From Pelomyxa schiedti (taxonomy: Eukaryota; Protista; Evosea), in contig JAHLWZ010000106.1 in assembly GCA_020536535.1 (NCBI GenBank), forward strand, positions 1 through 40,790: a stretch of DNA of 40,790 nt, read 5' to 3'. The notes below the pieces were generated by a model. The model saw only the letters and a program-made list of their open reading frames with translations, made no database searches and was not told where the DNA came from. The number at the start of each line of letters is the position of its first letter. Position 1 is the first letter of the stretch. Both the position numbers and the translations under genes were made by a program. Shown piece after piece: positions 1 to 12,100 of this stretch.

Positions 1-226
1 CTCTGTGTATGAGAAAGAGGCCATTGAATCCTGGTTAGAGGCCAATACCACCGACCCTTTAACCGGCAAGGTACCGGAAATTGTCCTAAAACCAACCTTA
101 AACTAATACACAATTCAGGCTTTGGCTTCCAAAGCAGTTGTCCAAGACATACCGACAATACAGGCTATGCTGAAGTTTTACAATGACAACTGTGCGCAGC
201 TTGGAGCCACTCCTATGTCATTGTAG
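1..226 (+). CDS. U-box C-terminal exons, partial duplicate of the 16061-17999 gene
   Basis: Reads SVYEKEAIESWLEANTTDPLTGK, intron, then ALASKAVVQDIPTIQAMLKFYNDNCAQLGATPMSL-stop. Confidence 0.85.
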
Positions 227-308
227 TGTTGTTCCGCTATTAGTTTAATTCTGAAACTCATAACACTATTTAGTTCTATCTTTTGTTTCTTTGATTGGCC
301 TTTTTTTT

Positions 309-746
309 TTAATACACCTGAACCACACTCTGTACAGTTGCTCTGCATACAGGGCACTCATTGAGAGAGATGCTGCACTGTAGGCATGATGTGATGTGCT
401 TGCAGGGGTTGCACACAACCTCCCTCTGGGCAGCAAGGCAAACAAGGCACTTTGCGTTTGTTGCATTGAGCCGCGATGCGGCGAGACCTGTGGTAGCAGA
501 GGTTGCAGAGCCTCCATCCGGGAAAGTAATTACTCCGTAACTGCATTGCGATTAGGGATAAGGGCCCTGTATTGTGGGTAGGGTGAAGAGTAGGGTACAC
601 ACGTTCCATCTACGTTGACTGCCTCCCCGTCGTGAATAAGGTTCATGCAGTCTGCAGCACCCACAACTGTTGGAATACCAAGCTCGCGGGCTGTGATAGC
701 ACCATGGGAAAGAATTCCACCGTTCTCAACAACAACAGCGGATGCC
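309..746 (-). CDS. Phospho-His swivel end plus RING exons, partial duplicate of the 18086-22541 gene
   Basis: Reads ASAVVVENGGILSHGAITARELGIP, intron, then CLVCLAAQREVVCNPCKHITSCLQCSISLNECPVCRATVQSVVQVY-stop. The frame is intact in this copy. Confidence 0.85.
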
Positions 747-783
747 TGAAAAGGAAATTAGACTGGAGACTGGTGGAAAAGTG

Positions 784-883
784 NNNNNNNNNNNNNNNNN
801 NNNNNNNNNNNNNNNNNNNNNNNNNNNNNNNNNNNNNNNNNNNNNNNNNNNNNNNNNNNNNNNNNNNNNNNNNNNNNNNNNNN
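784..883. other. Assembly gap (100 N)
   Basis: Run of exactly 100 N. Confidence 0.99.
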
Positions 884-3800
884 CACCCTGAGGCGTGGAC
901 CAGATGTGATGCAATTCTTGACAAGTACTCATGTCACAAACCACATTCATCTGTTGCTATCACACTAAAATTGAACCAAAAGTGCCACAAATCCTGCCAC
1001 GAAATTCATTGCTTTGTCAATTCTCGACTCTGTTATAAAATACCGATGGCGAGGCCTTCCTCGTAACCAGTGTGAGGGTATAAGAAACTACATTGTCAGT
1101 CTCACGATTCGATTGGCCTCGGATGCAGCAACCCTCTCTACCCAAAAGATGTTGATCAATAAGCTCGACCTCATCCTTGTGCAGGTTCTTTGCCTCCTAT
1201 GACTTTCAAGCCGAAAGAATTCAAAACTCCACCTATATATAGATAGTCAAACAAGAATGGCCAAGAAAGTGGGACAGTTTTATACCAGACATTGTAAGTT
1301 CCAGTAAAACAAACGAGTCTCTTTGTGAAAACAATTTACAAATTCTGAAACTGCTCAGGTTTAGCTCTCCCCACTCTTTGTTTTACTTGTGACAAATATT
1401 TTCTTTTAGTGAGGAAGTCTTTGACTTTTCCTCAGGCCAAATGACCCAAGTTAAGATAAACGAACTGAAAAATTCCTTTAACAAGGATTTTGCACTAATT
1501 TATGAGCTGTGTTGGTTCAGCTTGGCAAATGCTCGATCCCCTTCACTTCTTCATTCTACTCTTGAGACTCTTTTGAGATTCCTCAACTGGATACCAACTG
1601 GATATATTTTTGACTCTAAATTGATTGAGACTCTATGTACTAAGGTTTTTAAGCCTCTCCCATTGTTTGTTTCCTTTCTCCTTCTGTTGTGAAAGAATTA
1701 AAAAAAAAAAAAACACTCAAAACCACCCTGGCACTGCACCCCCCAGTGTAAATATCGTAGTACCTGACTGAGACAACCCACACAAACACTCTTCCACCCA
1801 CATCAGTTTTTCATCTAGTAGTGTCACCTCTGTAACGACGCGTGAGTTACTTACACTGATCATTATTACACAAACAACATGTATGCAGTTTTTTCCAACA
1901 GCTATCTTCCGGAATATTACCTTGGAGTGTCTCACTGAGATAGGCAGTATTGCGGCAAACACTGGCACCGTTGAGTCAACTGGTTCCACCCTTGTCAAGT
2001 TGTTTGAGATGGTAATGACAGCTTTGCACCAAATGATACCCCCATCAACAGGTGGTAACATGCCACTGTTGGTGCACCCATGTTCTTATCTCTTTGTTCA
2101 GACATACCCAAGGCCTACGCCTCAGCAAGTACGGCGGATGCTCAGTTTATTCGTCATCTTGCACTCTTCCTTTGTGGTTATTTCAAAGCTAATAGGTGAT
2201 GACTCCCTTGTGCTGTTCACTTTTTTTTTTACCTCTTTCTGACAGGCGTTTAATTGAGACCTCTGATCACGGAACACTAAATATTTATGCTCATGAGCTT
2301 TTATGCAAAATTTCTTATGTAGAGGATGAAGAAATTTTCAAGATAACACTCGAGTATTGGCTATCTCTGGTATCTTCAATTACTTTTGGTCACCAGTCCC
2401 TAAATGTGATCAGGCAATAGAACTTTACCACGAGGTACCTGCAGCTCTTGCTCAAGTACAACCAAGTGCCATGTCACATTCGCGTGCTGGAGCATATGTT
2501 CCCATATTGTCACATGTCAGAAGGTGCTTGATATCCAAAATGGCCAAACCAGAAGAGGTTTTTCTTAGAACATACTTTTTTCCCATGCTAAATATATATC
2601 AGGTTCTGATAACTGAGAATGACAATGGTGAAGTTATTCGGGAAATTATTAAAGATACCGAAGTGACAGCTCTGTATAAAGTCATGAGAGACGCAATGGT
2701 GTATCTCACTCACCTTGACTCTCACGACATGCATGAAATAATGTTATCTGCACTTTCAATTCAGGTATATTTTCATCCTCCCTTATTCTCTTGACTCCTA
2801 AGTCTTATTCAGTGCACCTCCCCACAATGGGATAGGCAAACTTTGAATTCCTTGTGTTGGGCAATTGGCAGTATCAGTGGTGCTGTTGGTAATTTTCTTT
2901 GACCTTAGGATTGTCCCCTTCTTATTCTCATTCACTAAAGATGAGGAATCTGAGAAACGATTTTTGGTTACTGTGATAAGGGACCTATTGGGCATGTGTG
3001 AGGAGACAAGAGGAAAAGACAATAAAGCCGTCATAGGTACCCTTTGAGTGCTTTTTTTTTAACACCTCACACTCCATAGCAAGTAATATAATGTATGTTG
3101 TTGGTCAGTATCCTAGATTTCTGCGTGCCCACTGGAAATTTCTCAAGACTGTATGAATTGCCAAAATTACTTTCATTACATCACCTTTTTGTAGGTTATA
3201 AATAAATTATTTGAGTTTATGCACGAGCACCACCCAGGAGTTCAAGACATGGTACTTTTATTGACTCCTTTACCCCCAACTCACGTCATGATATTCAAGG
3301 CATGCGACACCTTCATGAAAATAGTTAGAAAATGTAGACGGAAATTTATCCCCACAAATGCTGGGGAAAATGTTCCCCTAATTGATGAAATTCTGAACTC
3401 AATTTCGACAATTATATCTGATCTCCAGCCACAACAAGTTCAAACTTTCTACCAAGCATGCTCCTATGTGGTTGCATGCCAGCCAGACCCAACCGCAAAA
3501 GAGACTCTTATCAATAAGCTGATGGCTGCCCCGAATTCGACAGTGAGTGGTTTTTTGTTTCGTTCTGACCCGTCCTCACATTTTCTAGTGGATCACACTC
3601 ATGAACCAAGCAAGACAGAGTGTGCAATTTCTTCATCAGCCGTATGTCTGATAATTAGTAGGAAGGTTTCTCCATCCTCATCATGTTTTAGAGACACAAT
3701 GAAATTTCTTGCAAACATCCTTCAGACCAACACTGCTGTTGCCAAATCCCTCGGCCATGCTTTCTTGTTGCAACTGGCTAAAATATATCTAGATATGCTC

Positions 3801-5388
3801 AATATTTACAAATTCTATTCTGAAGCCGTGTGCACTGCAGTTTCTACTGGAGGTTGTCTCAAAAATTTTCACACTTTTCACTCAAAAAACCAATAGGACA
3901 GTATGCTGCTCGTACCACAGAAGTGAGAGCAATGCGTATAGTAAAACAAGAAGTCCTCAAACTTATTGAAGCCTTTATAGAACTCAGTCAGGATCCACAG
4001 GTTCTACCCACACTTCCTGCCTACCCTCAAACTCATTCGAATTCATTGAATAGTTTGTGTATGCCAATTTCGTTCCACCACTGCTCGATGCCATGCTCCC
4101 AGATTATCAAAGCAGTGTTCCTGATGCACGAGATCCTCAAGTGCTGTCGCTCATGGTTGTTGTAATCAACACTTTAAAGGTAGACCCCTTTTGTTCTATG
4201 GGTTATTATTCTTGTATTCATTTTCACCACACAAAAGGGCTTACTTACCGGAAACATCCCAGGGATTTTTGTGCATGTTTTTCCTCCAACACTGGATATG
4301 ATCAAGGCAAATCTTACAGATTTCCCAGGTTCCTTTTGAAATCCCCACTAGTGAGCTCTTAAACAACAAAAAACCAGATCACCGTATACACTTTTTCAGT
4401 TTGGTGCGGGCTATTAACAACTATTGCTTTGATGGTATTTTGCCACTCATACCAAAATATCTCTTACTTGTTCAGCTTTCTTCACACTTTCACCGGAACA
4501 ATTTAAAATGATCATGGACAGTATAATTTGGGCCATGAAACACACTGAAAGGCAGGCAGCGGAGACTGGTCTTCAAATACTGAATGAACTTCTTGTGAAT
4601 ATTTCCAACCACCCTGAGGTTTCTTCACTTTTTTCCGTCTTCTGGCAGCCTAAAAAAGTCCAAGATTTCCGATGCATTTTATACAGGATACTTCAGAACC
4701 ATAGTGCAAGATATTTTTGTTGTTCTCACTGACACCTTCCATAAAGCTGGTTTTTCCCATTGTTTCAAACAACATTTTATTTACCTAAAACAGGTTTTAA
4801 ACTTCAGGCCACAATTTTGCAGAATCTATTCATTGCAGTAGAAAGTGGGAAGATTAAAGCTCCTTTGTGGACTCCACCTGAAGCAACAACACCCGATATG
4901 AACAATCGTAGTTGGTTACGTGCATTTATAACCAATCTCCTTTCCACAGCTTTCCCTAATCTTAACCCGTATGCTTGTCCAACTTACGTTCAAAACCTTA
5001 CAAGCATTGAAGGAATGAGCTTCGGTTGTATGTTAATGGCCTCCTTGATATCAATAAAGACCTTCCAGCATTCAAAAACCAACTACGGGATTTCCTCGTG
5101 TCACTGAAGGTGAAACTGAATTTTCACACAATCCATTGCGCTCTAATGTAAATCAGGAATTCAATTCCACTGACAATACCGACCTTTACTTGGAGGAGAA
5201 AGAAACCACACAAGCAGCAGCCGTCGCCCAAGACAAATCGAGACGTGCCGCTGTACCAGGTTAATATACACCCACCACACTTTCGTTCACACTTTTCTTT
5301 CCCTTTCCGCATACTTGTTGTCAACACTCACAAACAATTAGGTCTCGTACCACCCAGCGAACAACCGGAAGACATGGGGGACTTATAA
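884..5388 (+). CDS. XPO1: Exportin-1 / CRM1, multi-exon, 5' end missing in the gap
   Basis: Exons give [133 protein letters not shown] and [13 protein letters not shown]. They end in [13 protein letters not shown]...EQPEDMGDL-stop at 5386-5388. These are canonical CRM1 blocks. Confidence 0.97.
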
Positions 5389-5596
5389 ACAGAAACCCGC
5401 CAATCACAACATCAACAATCGACTACCTCATACTGCACAGCACAACACCACCTAAAAATCACTCAAACACAAGAAACCCAAAAAAGAAATGAAGTTTTCG
5501 AGAACCACTGCCTTAACGTTAAACTTGTTCAGATCCCTTTTTTTTGGAATTAAACAAAGTCGCGTACGAGTCGGTGCTGTTGGGGGTTGGGGGTGT

Positions 5597-6880
5597 TTAA
5601 GCCGTGAAGGACGATGTGACTCTCCTATCGTGTTTGGGACTCACACAAGGTGTTTCTTTTGGGGATCTGGATCCAGCCACAGGGTGCTCCTCGGGTGCGG
5701 GAAAAAGAGCCAAATTGTGAGTCCCAGTATTGGTAAATGTGAGCGTTACATGAAACACGCCGTGGCACTAATTGGGATGATAATGGGTTAGTGCCTGTTT
5801 CAACTAACATTTTTGTAGGAGACTGGATCCGTTTGAAACGGCAATTACAATCACGATGGCAACAAACCAACAAACCGGACTTGAAAGGCATTGGCTAGGA
5901 GAAAAAGGTAAAACAAGCTAATAGTAGTGGTGAGACTCACATATGTGAGGAGATATTTGATTTTCTGGCCAGAGGTAGATGCTACAACCTGTGGAAAGGC
6001 GGCAAATATGTACAAAGAGCGCGAGTTACCCTGCACCCACGAAATCATCAACTCCCTCCGGGCTCTGAGCTACAAAAACTGCTGTCTAGCCAAAAATCCC
6101 CACTATATCCTCCCAAGTTCACAATTCTCCGCTGTTTCCGGTCATTGTTGAGTATGTAGAGGGGTGTGTTCAAAGACCACAAAAGCCCCCACCTAATTTC
6201 TTGCTGCCACTTGGTGATGATGAACATGAAGCTCGATGATAACCGTATGACGAGGATTCAACAATAACTAGCCCCAAGATAGTGGAGATGTAATGATGCT
6301 GCTGGTATTAATAAGGCTGCTCTCAAGGCAATATCCTTTGTTCCAGTCTTTCTGAATCCCAGGCTGGTGGATATATTTGAGATGTATTCGCTGTTAGATT
6401 GGTCTGTAAGGAATTTCAGAGTACCTGGTGGCAATAGGTATTATACCCGCAAGTGATTACTCACAAAGAACCCTACATCNNNNNNNNNNNNNNNNNNNNN
6501 NNNNNNNNNNNNNNNNNNNNNNNNNNNNNNNNNNNNNNNNNNNNNNNNNNNNNNNNNNNNNNNNNNNNNNNNNNNNNNNCCAGGCTGGTGGATATATTTG
6601 AGATGTATTCGCTGTTAGATTGGTCTGTAAGGAATTTCAGAGTACCTGGTGGCAATAGGTATTATACCCGCAAGTGATTACTCACAAAGAACCCTACATC
6701 GATTGTAGATCAAGGTTACATTGTTTGGGATGCATTGCATGGTCCCGTAATGAGCAGTAAACACTACAAACCAATTCATAATGATAGACAACCTGCTGTA
6801 GGTAGCACGCATTGCGCAAACGAGAATTTGAACATGGGCCCATTGCAGCACGAACAAAGCGTTCCTGGAGAAATTTTCTT
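5597..6880 (-). CDS. Hypothetical multi-exon protein, possibly single-pass membrane; boundaries uncertain
   Basis: Plausible exons flanked by GT/AG give GVDDFVGAG, CSIYLWPENQISPHI, a hydrophobic PVCWFVAIVIVIAVS segment and a last exon ending VTSSFTA-stop. No family is recognised and the region is interrupted by a gap. Confidence 0.3.
6359..6700. other. 100-N gap (6480-6579) flanked by a ~121-bp direct overlap
   Basis: 6359-6479 is repeated at 6580-6700 immediately after the Ns, as expected for unmerged contig overlap. Confidence 0.92.
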
Positions 6881-6895
6881 CTTTGTTTTTCTCTT

Positions 6896-7084
6896 GTCTA
6901 AAGTTTAGCCCAAATTTTCTAAAGTATAGCCCGAATATTCTAAAGTTAGCCCAAATTTCTAAGCCTCTGCGAAAAGTTCTAAGTGAGTTCTATCACGTTT
7001 CTATCCTGATTTTTCTTTTCTAACCTTATTCTATCCTTTTTTCAAAATTCTAAATGTGTTTTCTATCTAAATTTAAAAATTCTA
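6896..7084. repeat. Degenerate ~20-bp tandem repeat / TTCTA motif array in a divergent intergenic region
   Basis: Three units of TCTAAAGT(T/A)TAGCCC(A/G)AAT-like sequence start at 6896, 6917 and 6938. Further TTCTA motifs follow at 6957, 6977, 6988, 6999, 7018, 7029, 7048, 7061 and 7080. Confidence 0.8.
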
Positions 7085-7209
7085 AAAGTAAAGCCTTTTC
7101 TTTTTAAAGGCCGAAGAAACGAACGAAAAAACAATGTAACAGACATCGACCTCACGCGTGTCGTAGATCCGCTAACAACAACCAACAAAAGCCAGTATTG
7201 CTTCACACA

Positions 7210-9044
7210 ATGCATTCGTCTCACTCTTTCTCGCTGCCGGTCCCAACGACATCGACTTCTACAACTACAAGTAGATCCGTCGCCAGCGGTGATGTAACTC
7301 CCACGGTCGTACCACGTGACACGAGCAACGTTGATGGCGCGGCCGGGTCTCAAGTTGCCCCCGAAACACAAAGACCCTGTGACTCTGATTCCAGGCCTTC
7401 TGGCTCCTCCTCTTCTTCTTCTTCATCTTCCTCTTCGTTCGCGACTGCGTCCTCTTTGACACCGCCAGCAATGCCGACGAATGCAGCTGCTGGTCGGACT
7501 GACACGATGAGGAATCCCGCTGCTGCAATGACACCACAAACTACGCCCCTTAAAGAGGGATCAGCGCTTGGTGCAGCTAATATCGGTGCTCGTGGTGGCC
7601 AAGACGCCTTCGTCTCTATGCTACTTTCGCAACGGTTACAGCAAGGACAGACGCTGGCTCATGAGAATGCAAAGGGAAACATCATGACAGCAAGTAGCGC
7701 TGGTGAGAGTGGTGGCCTTACGATGGGGAATGGAGCCAGTATTCCACAATCGGGACGCCACTCACTTTCTTCCTCAGTATGCACAAGTAATGCTGCTTTT
7801 GCAACAAGTGTGCAGACTTCTGGTAGTTATGATGCTTATAGCAGTTTGAGAGGCTCGGTATTGCCTCAGGGATCCTTTACTGGGATGCGCCACAGTGGAG
7901 AAAAATCAGTCGCACTGCGCCGACATTCGCTGGCAATACGATCTGAAGCAGGAGCTCCTTACACACCACAAAAAGATCGTGGTACCCCAGGGAAAACATT
8001 GTGCAAATCACCCAAGACAAGTACGTTCCTCATCACTTTTCGAAATCATTGTTATAGAGATCTTCCTTTCTAACCCTCTTTTCTAATGCAACTGTGCAAC
8101 ACGCCACCGCATCTCCTCATTCTTGCTTTTGTTGCTTTTGTTTCATTTTTTACTTTAATCGTTTATTAATAACGTTGCACCACCAGACATGTCCGACGAT
8201 ATACCATCTACACCTTCTCTTCAGGCACTGTTTCCTGACTTGTCTTCACTAGGTATTAGGTGTCGTCAAACCGACAATGATTTCTAACACATAAAAAGGG
8301 AGCGTTAACCCATGGGCCACAACTGAAACACAACGGAGCGTCAATCAATGGAGCACAGCCGAACAAACGCGGAGTAACGCCGGACCCCTGCAGCCTCAGC
8401 CAGCAGTGAGACCACCGCCGTTACCACTACAGCTAGCGCCTGCGCAGTCGTTCGTCCATCCGTCGATGCCTTTCGCGTATTACCCACAGCAGGCGCAGCC
8501 ACAACAGTTTACTGAAGACCGTTGTAAAGCCTACATCATGTGTACCCTCGAGAATGAGAAAAAGCAGCTCAAGGCGCAGGTCACGAACTTACAAGCCCAA
8601 AATACCAAGATGCAAGAGCAATACCAACAGCTTTTACAACAATACCAGCAAATCGTTGACAGAAACCAACTGCTTAATGAACAGCTCAGGCAACAACTGA
8701 TAAGTTCCTCCATTACCGGCGACCGAGCCCCACTTTCTCCGCAACCAGCACTGATTCCGTCGGCTTGGGTACCCTTGTACAACTTCCACAACCCAACAGA
8801 ACTCGCTGGCCAAGGCCTACCCCTTCAAGGAACCCAAGTCACCAACATTCCCGCGGCGTTTGTCAGGCTTTGCCCCACCAACTCGCAGCTTCAAGTGTGC
8901 CAGATGGTGTTCTCGGATGCAAGTGCCTCCAGGTTGTGGTGTGTATCCATCAACAACAAATGGCATATTGCCACTGAACAAATGGTTTCTGCCTTGTCAT
9001 TGGGAGCCATCCCCGCGGCTGAAAACTCCGCACAAAACAGCTGA
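7210..9044 (+). CDS. Hypothetical Ser/Thr-rich, low-complexity protein with a Gln-rich coiled coil
   Basis: ORFs 7198-8073 and 8406-9044 join in frame through a small exon (NMSDDIPSTPSLQALFPDLSSL, ~8187-8250) using GT-AG introns. The heptad segment LENEKKQLKAQVTNLQAQNTKMQEQYQQL suggests a coiled coil. Confidence 0.7.
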
Positions 9045-9130
9045 GTAACATGTTCATAAAAAAAAATCCTTGTTTCATACATTCCAAAGTTTTTTTTTCC
9101 ACGCGAACATAAACAAAAAGGTAAGGTTTT

Positions 9131-12100
9131 TTATGATAGGTAGGGCTCAATGGAAGTTATTTTGCATTTGTCGAGAGGGCACTCAGTCAACTTACGAGAA
9201 CATTCCAAACAAGTGACAGAATGACCACATGGCTGAAGGTAACATGCTCGGTATCTATCCAAACAAACTATGCACAGGTTTTGCTGTGCCTCCGCGGTCA
9301 ATGTATGTGGTCCAGCTTGTGACGGCGGGTGTGGAATTGTGGGCAATTCCGTAGCCCCGTTCGCGGTGCTGGTACGAGAATTCTTCTTGCCGGAAATAGT
9401 GGCCTTTTTCAGCTGTGGGCGTTTTTTGCTGTTTGATGATGAACAGTCATTTCCAGGTGGTGGAACTTGTTGTTGCTGGAACTTCTGGAGTGGATGGAAT
9501 TGATTGACTAGTTGCTCCAGTGATGTAGGCAGGGACATTGCGTGGTGCGGAGGACTTGGCGGCGGGGAAATGGAGAGTGTAGGGGAAACTGTTCCATCAG
9601 CAGTGAAACAATCCTGGTCTCCTGTTGATAGGGAATCATCTGCGGGGGAGTCGAATGGGAGAGGAATGCGGCTTTCGAATAGGCTGTTATTGCGGTAGTC
9701 CTCTAAGAGGGAAGGAAACCATCCCCAGAAAGGTGCTGGTGCCGCATGTTGGGGTTGGGGTGGGCAGTACGGGGGAGCTTGATTCGACCCGTTTAGCTCT
9801 GGCGTCATCATGTTGGTGTCACTGAAAAGAGATGCTATAACTCTTTGTTCTTTCTCTAGGTCTTCTTCTCGGCGTTCCGCGGGGGGAGTACATGATAGAC
9901 AGTTTTCAGTGTCTGAGAGCGGAATCTGGTTTGGGCAGAGGCAGAGGGGAGCTGGTTCAGCATAATTTTCCTCTGCCGGGGGTAGTGTGGGGGATGGAGT
10001 CTTGGTAGGTGAAGGGGTATTTGATGGGGACACTTTTTGAAACAAAAACTGTGCTGAAGGGATTTTTTTGGTTGTTTGTGGGGTCTCTATTAAGGGAGGG
10101 GTTGAACAGATTGCAGAAGGTAAACTAGTAGACCCAACTCCTGTGGTTGAATATGTAGGTGTTGGACTTCTAATAGGGTCATTCCCTTTTTTGTTGAGAG
10201 CATCTATGTTCTTATTGTGGAACGTCGTTGTCGTAGTGGTTGTTGTGGTTGTCGTTGTAACTTCCTTCGACACTGGTACAGGTGATGGAGATGGCGATTG
10301 AGAAGCTGGTGGTGCTGAGAGGAGCTGAGGAAGTTTTGGAAGGGGAGGGAGAGGTTGATAACGTGAAATACTTGGGACCACTTTCGATGAAACAGGAGAG
10401 GATGATATTTCACTTCTCTCTTGGATAGGAGTGCGAGAGCTGGGTTCTTTCTTTGAAGATTTGTTCTACACACAGTGAGACTGTGTTAGGAAATCCACGA
10501 GTGAAAATGAACATTTGGAGAAGTGGTACCTCAGTTGTTACGGCAGCTGCTTTTTCCTTCTCAGGGTGTGTTTTGGCATCCTTTTTTTGCTTTTTGCTGG
10601 TTGAAGGATTGTTAATAATGACTACGACAGGTTGTTGCTTGTGCAGAACGGAGTTGGAATTTGATAGAGTAGGTTTTTTTGGATCTTGCTGAGGTTCTGG
10701 CGAACTGACAGATTGACTGGTGGCTTGAATAGCTTTGTTTGGTTCTGGCTCAATTGTTGTCTGTGGAGACGTGTGAGGGGTTGGATTTGTTGCATTTCTT
10801 TGCTTGCTTTCCAATTCCCATTGTTTCCGAATTGTTTCAATTGTGCGTTGCTCATCCTCCTCGCCAATACTTTGTTTTCTTGGTTTCTTTTTCTTTGTGG
10901 ACTCCCCAGACCTTGTCAGCTTTTTTGTAAACGATTCGGCAGCTGCAGTTGAAGAGGTAGATGGTAGCTTCGCAACAGATAAGGAAACCTAATTCCGTTT
11001 GGAAAACCTTTCAGTAACTGGCTATAAACCTGTTCTTTAATAGGTGCACTTTCTAAGGTTGTTTTCGTTTCTGTAATCGTACTTGTAGTTTCACTTTTCT
11101 CAGCATCTCCAGTAGCAATCGTAGTTGTGAGGGTTGTTGTAGTTGTTGTGGAGTATGTTGTGGTAGTTGTGGTTGTGGATGTAGTTGCAGCCACCGCGGC
11201 AGCCACAACTTCTGTGGCTTCTTCTTGATGCAAGGGTGAAACGGGACTAGAACTTCGTGGCTCCGAAGGAGTCATTGTAAGGGTCGGGTCAGGAAGTACG
11301 CTTGGAGGTGGCGTTGACGGAGGGGGGATATCTTGCTTCACTGCAGGTGACTGGGAATGTTTGGACTGTGGTTTCGCATTTCCACCTTTTGTTGATTTCG
11401 AACTAGGTTTTTTTGGTTTTGAGGAATTGGATTGACTTGGGGCAGGTGTAGAGTTACTGGAAGTACTGTCCAGTTGCGTGCCATTTCGTTCTAATCTGAT
11501 TTTTTTCTGAGCAAACATTCTGTCAACTTTCATCCAAGTATCCCTTACGTCAGACAACTGGGTAGGACATTCAATACAAAAGAGGTGGAGTATCAATAGT
11601 GTACCTTAATTAGTATAATATGATACATGCCGTAGAGGATATACACTGATATGCACAACATAACTACCCATATTCCAACTAATAATATCATATAGCACCA
11701 AAGTTGCAGAGATATAAACATTTCCAGAATGCTGTTACACGTAAGATAAAACAAAAACAAAAACGTTAAAAAAAAGGCTTGCCTCAGAGAAGCTGATATT
11801 AGCAGAGACTTCCTCAGGAACAAGTAGTGGAAAAATACCAAAAATCCAAACTCAAAGCCATGGCCATTGACTACTTCACGCCAGTACCACCCAACAGCCC
11901 CAGTGAGAAAAGAAGGTAGTAGAGAAACAGTCCATTGCCGCAACGTGTGGCCAATCCCACTTGGAAGAATGTCACTTGAGACAATTAGTTGCTCCAATGT
12001 GTGTAAGGTTGCAGATACGGAAGCCATGCACCAAGAAGATGGTGGTAGACCACATAGGGGATGCGACTTATTCCAAGAGGGGATCCAACAACATAATCTG

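Larger units (their letters stand above)
1..783. repeat. Diverged second copy of 17774-18561 (3' ends of the vWA-U-box and RPH-like-RING genes)
   Basis: Position 1 (ctctgtgtatgagaaagagg) matches 17774 and the match runs to the gap at 784. There are scattered SNPs and small indels, e.g. tttggc/tctggc, tggtagcaga/tggtaacaga, cacccacaac/caccaacaac. Confidence 0.95.

Noticed and set aside
6359-6700. 121-bp direct repeat
   Set aside because: It flanks a 100-N gap exactly, so it is an unmerged contig overlap rather than biology.
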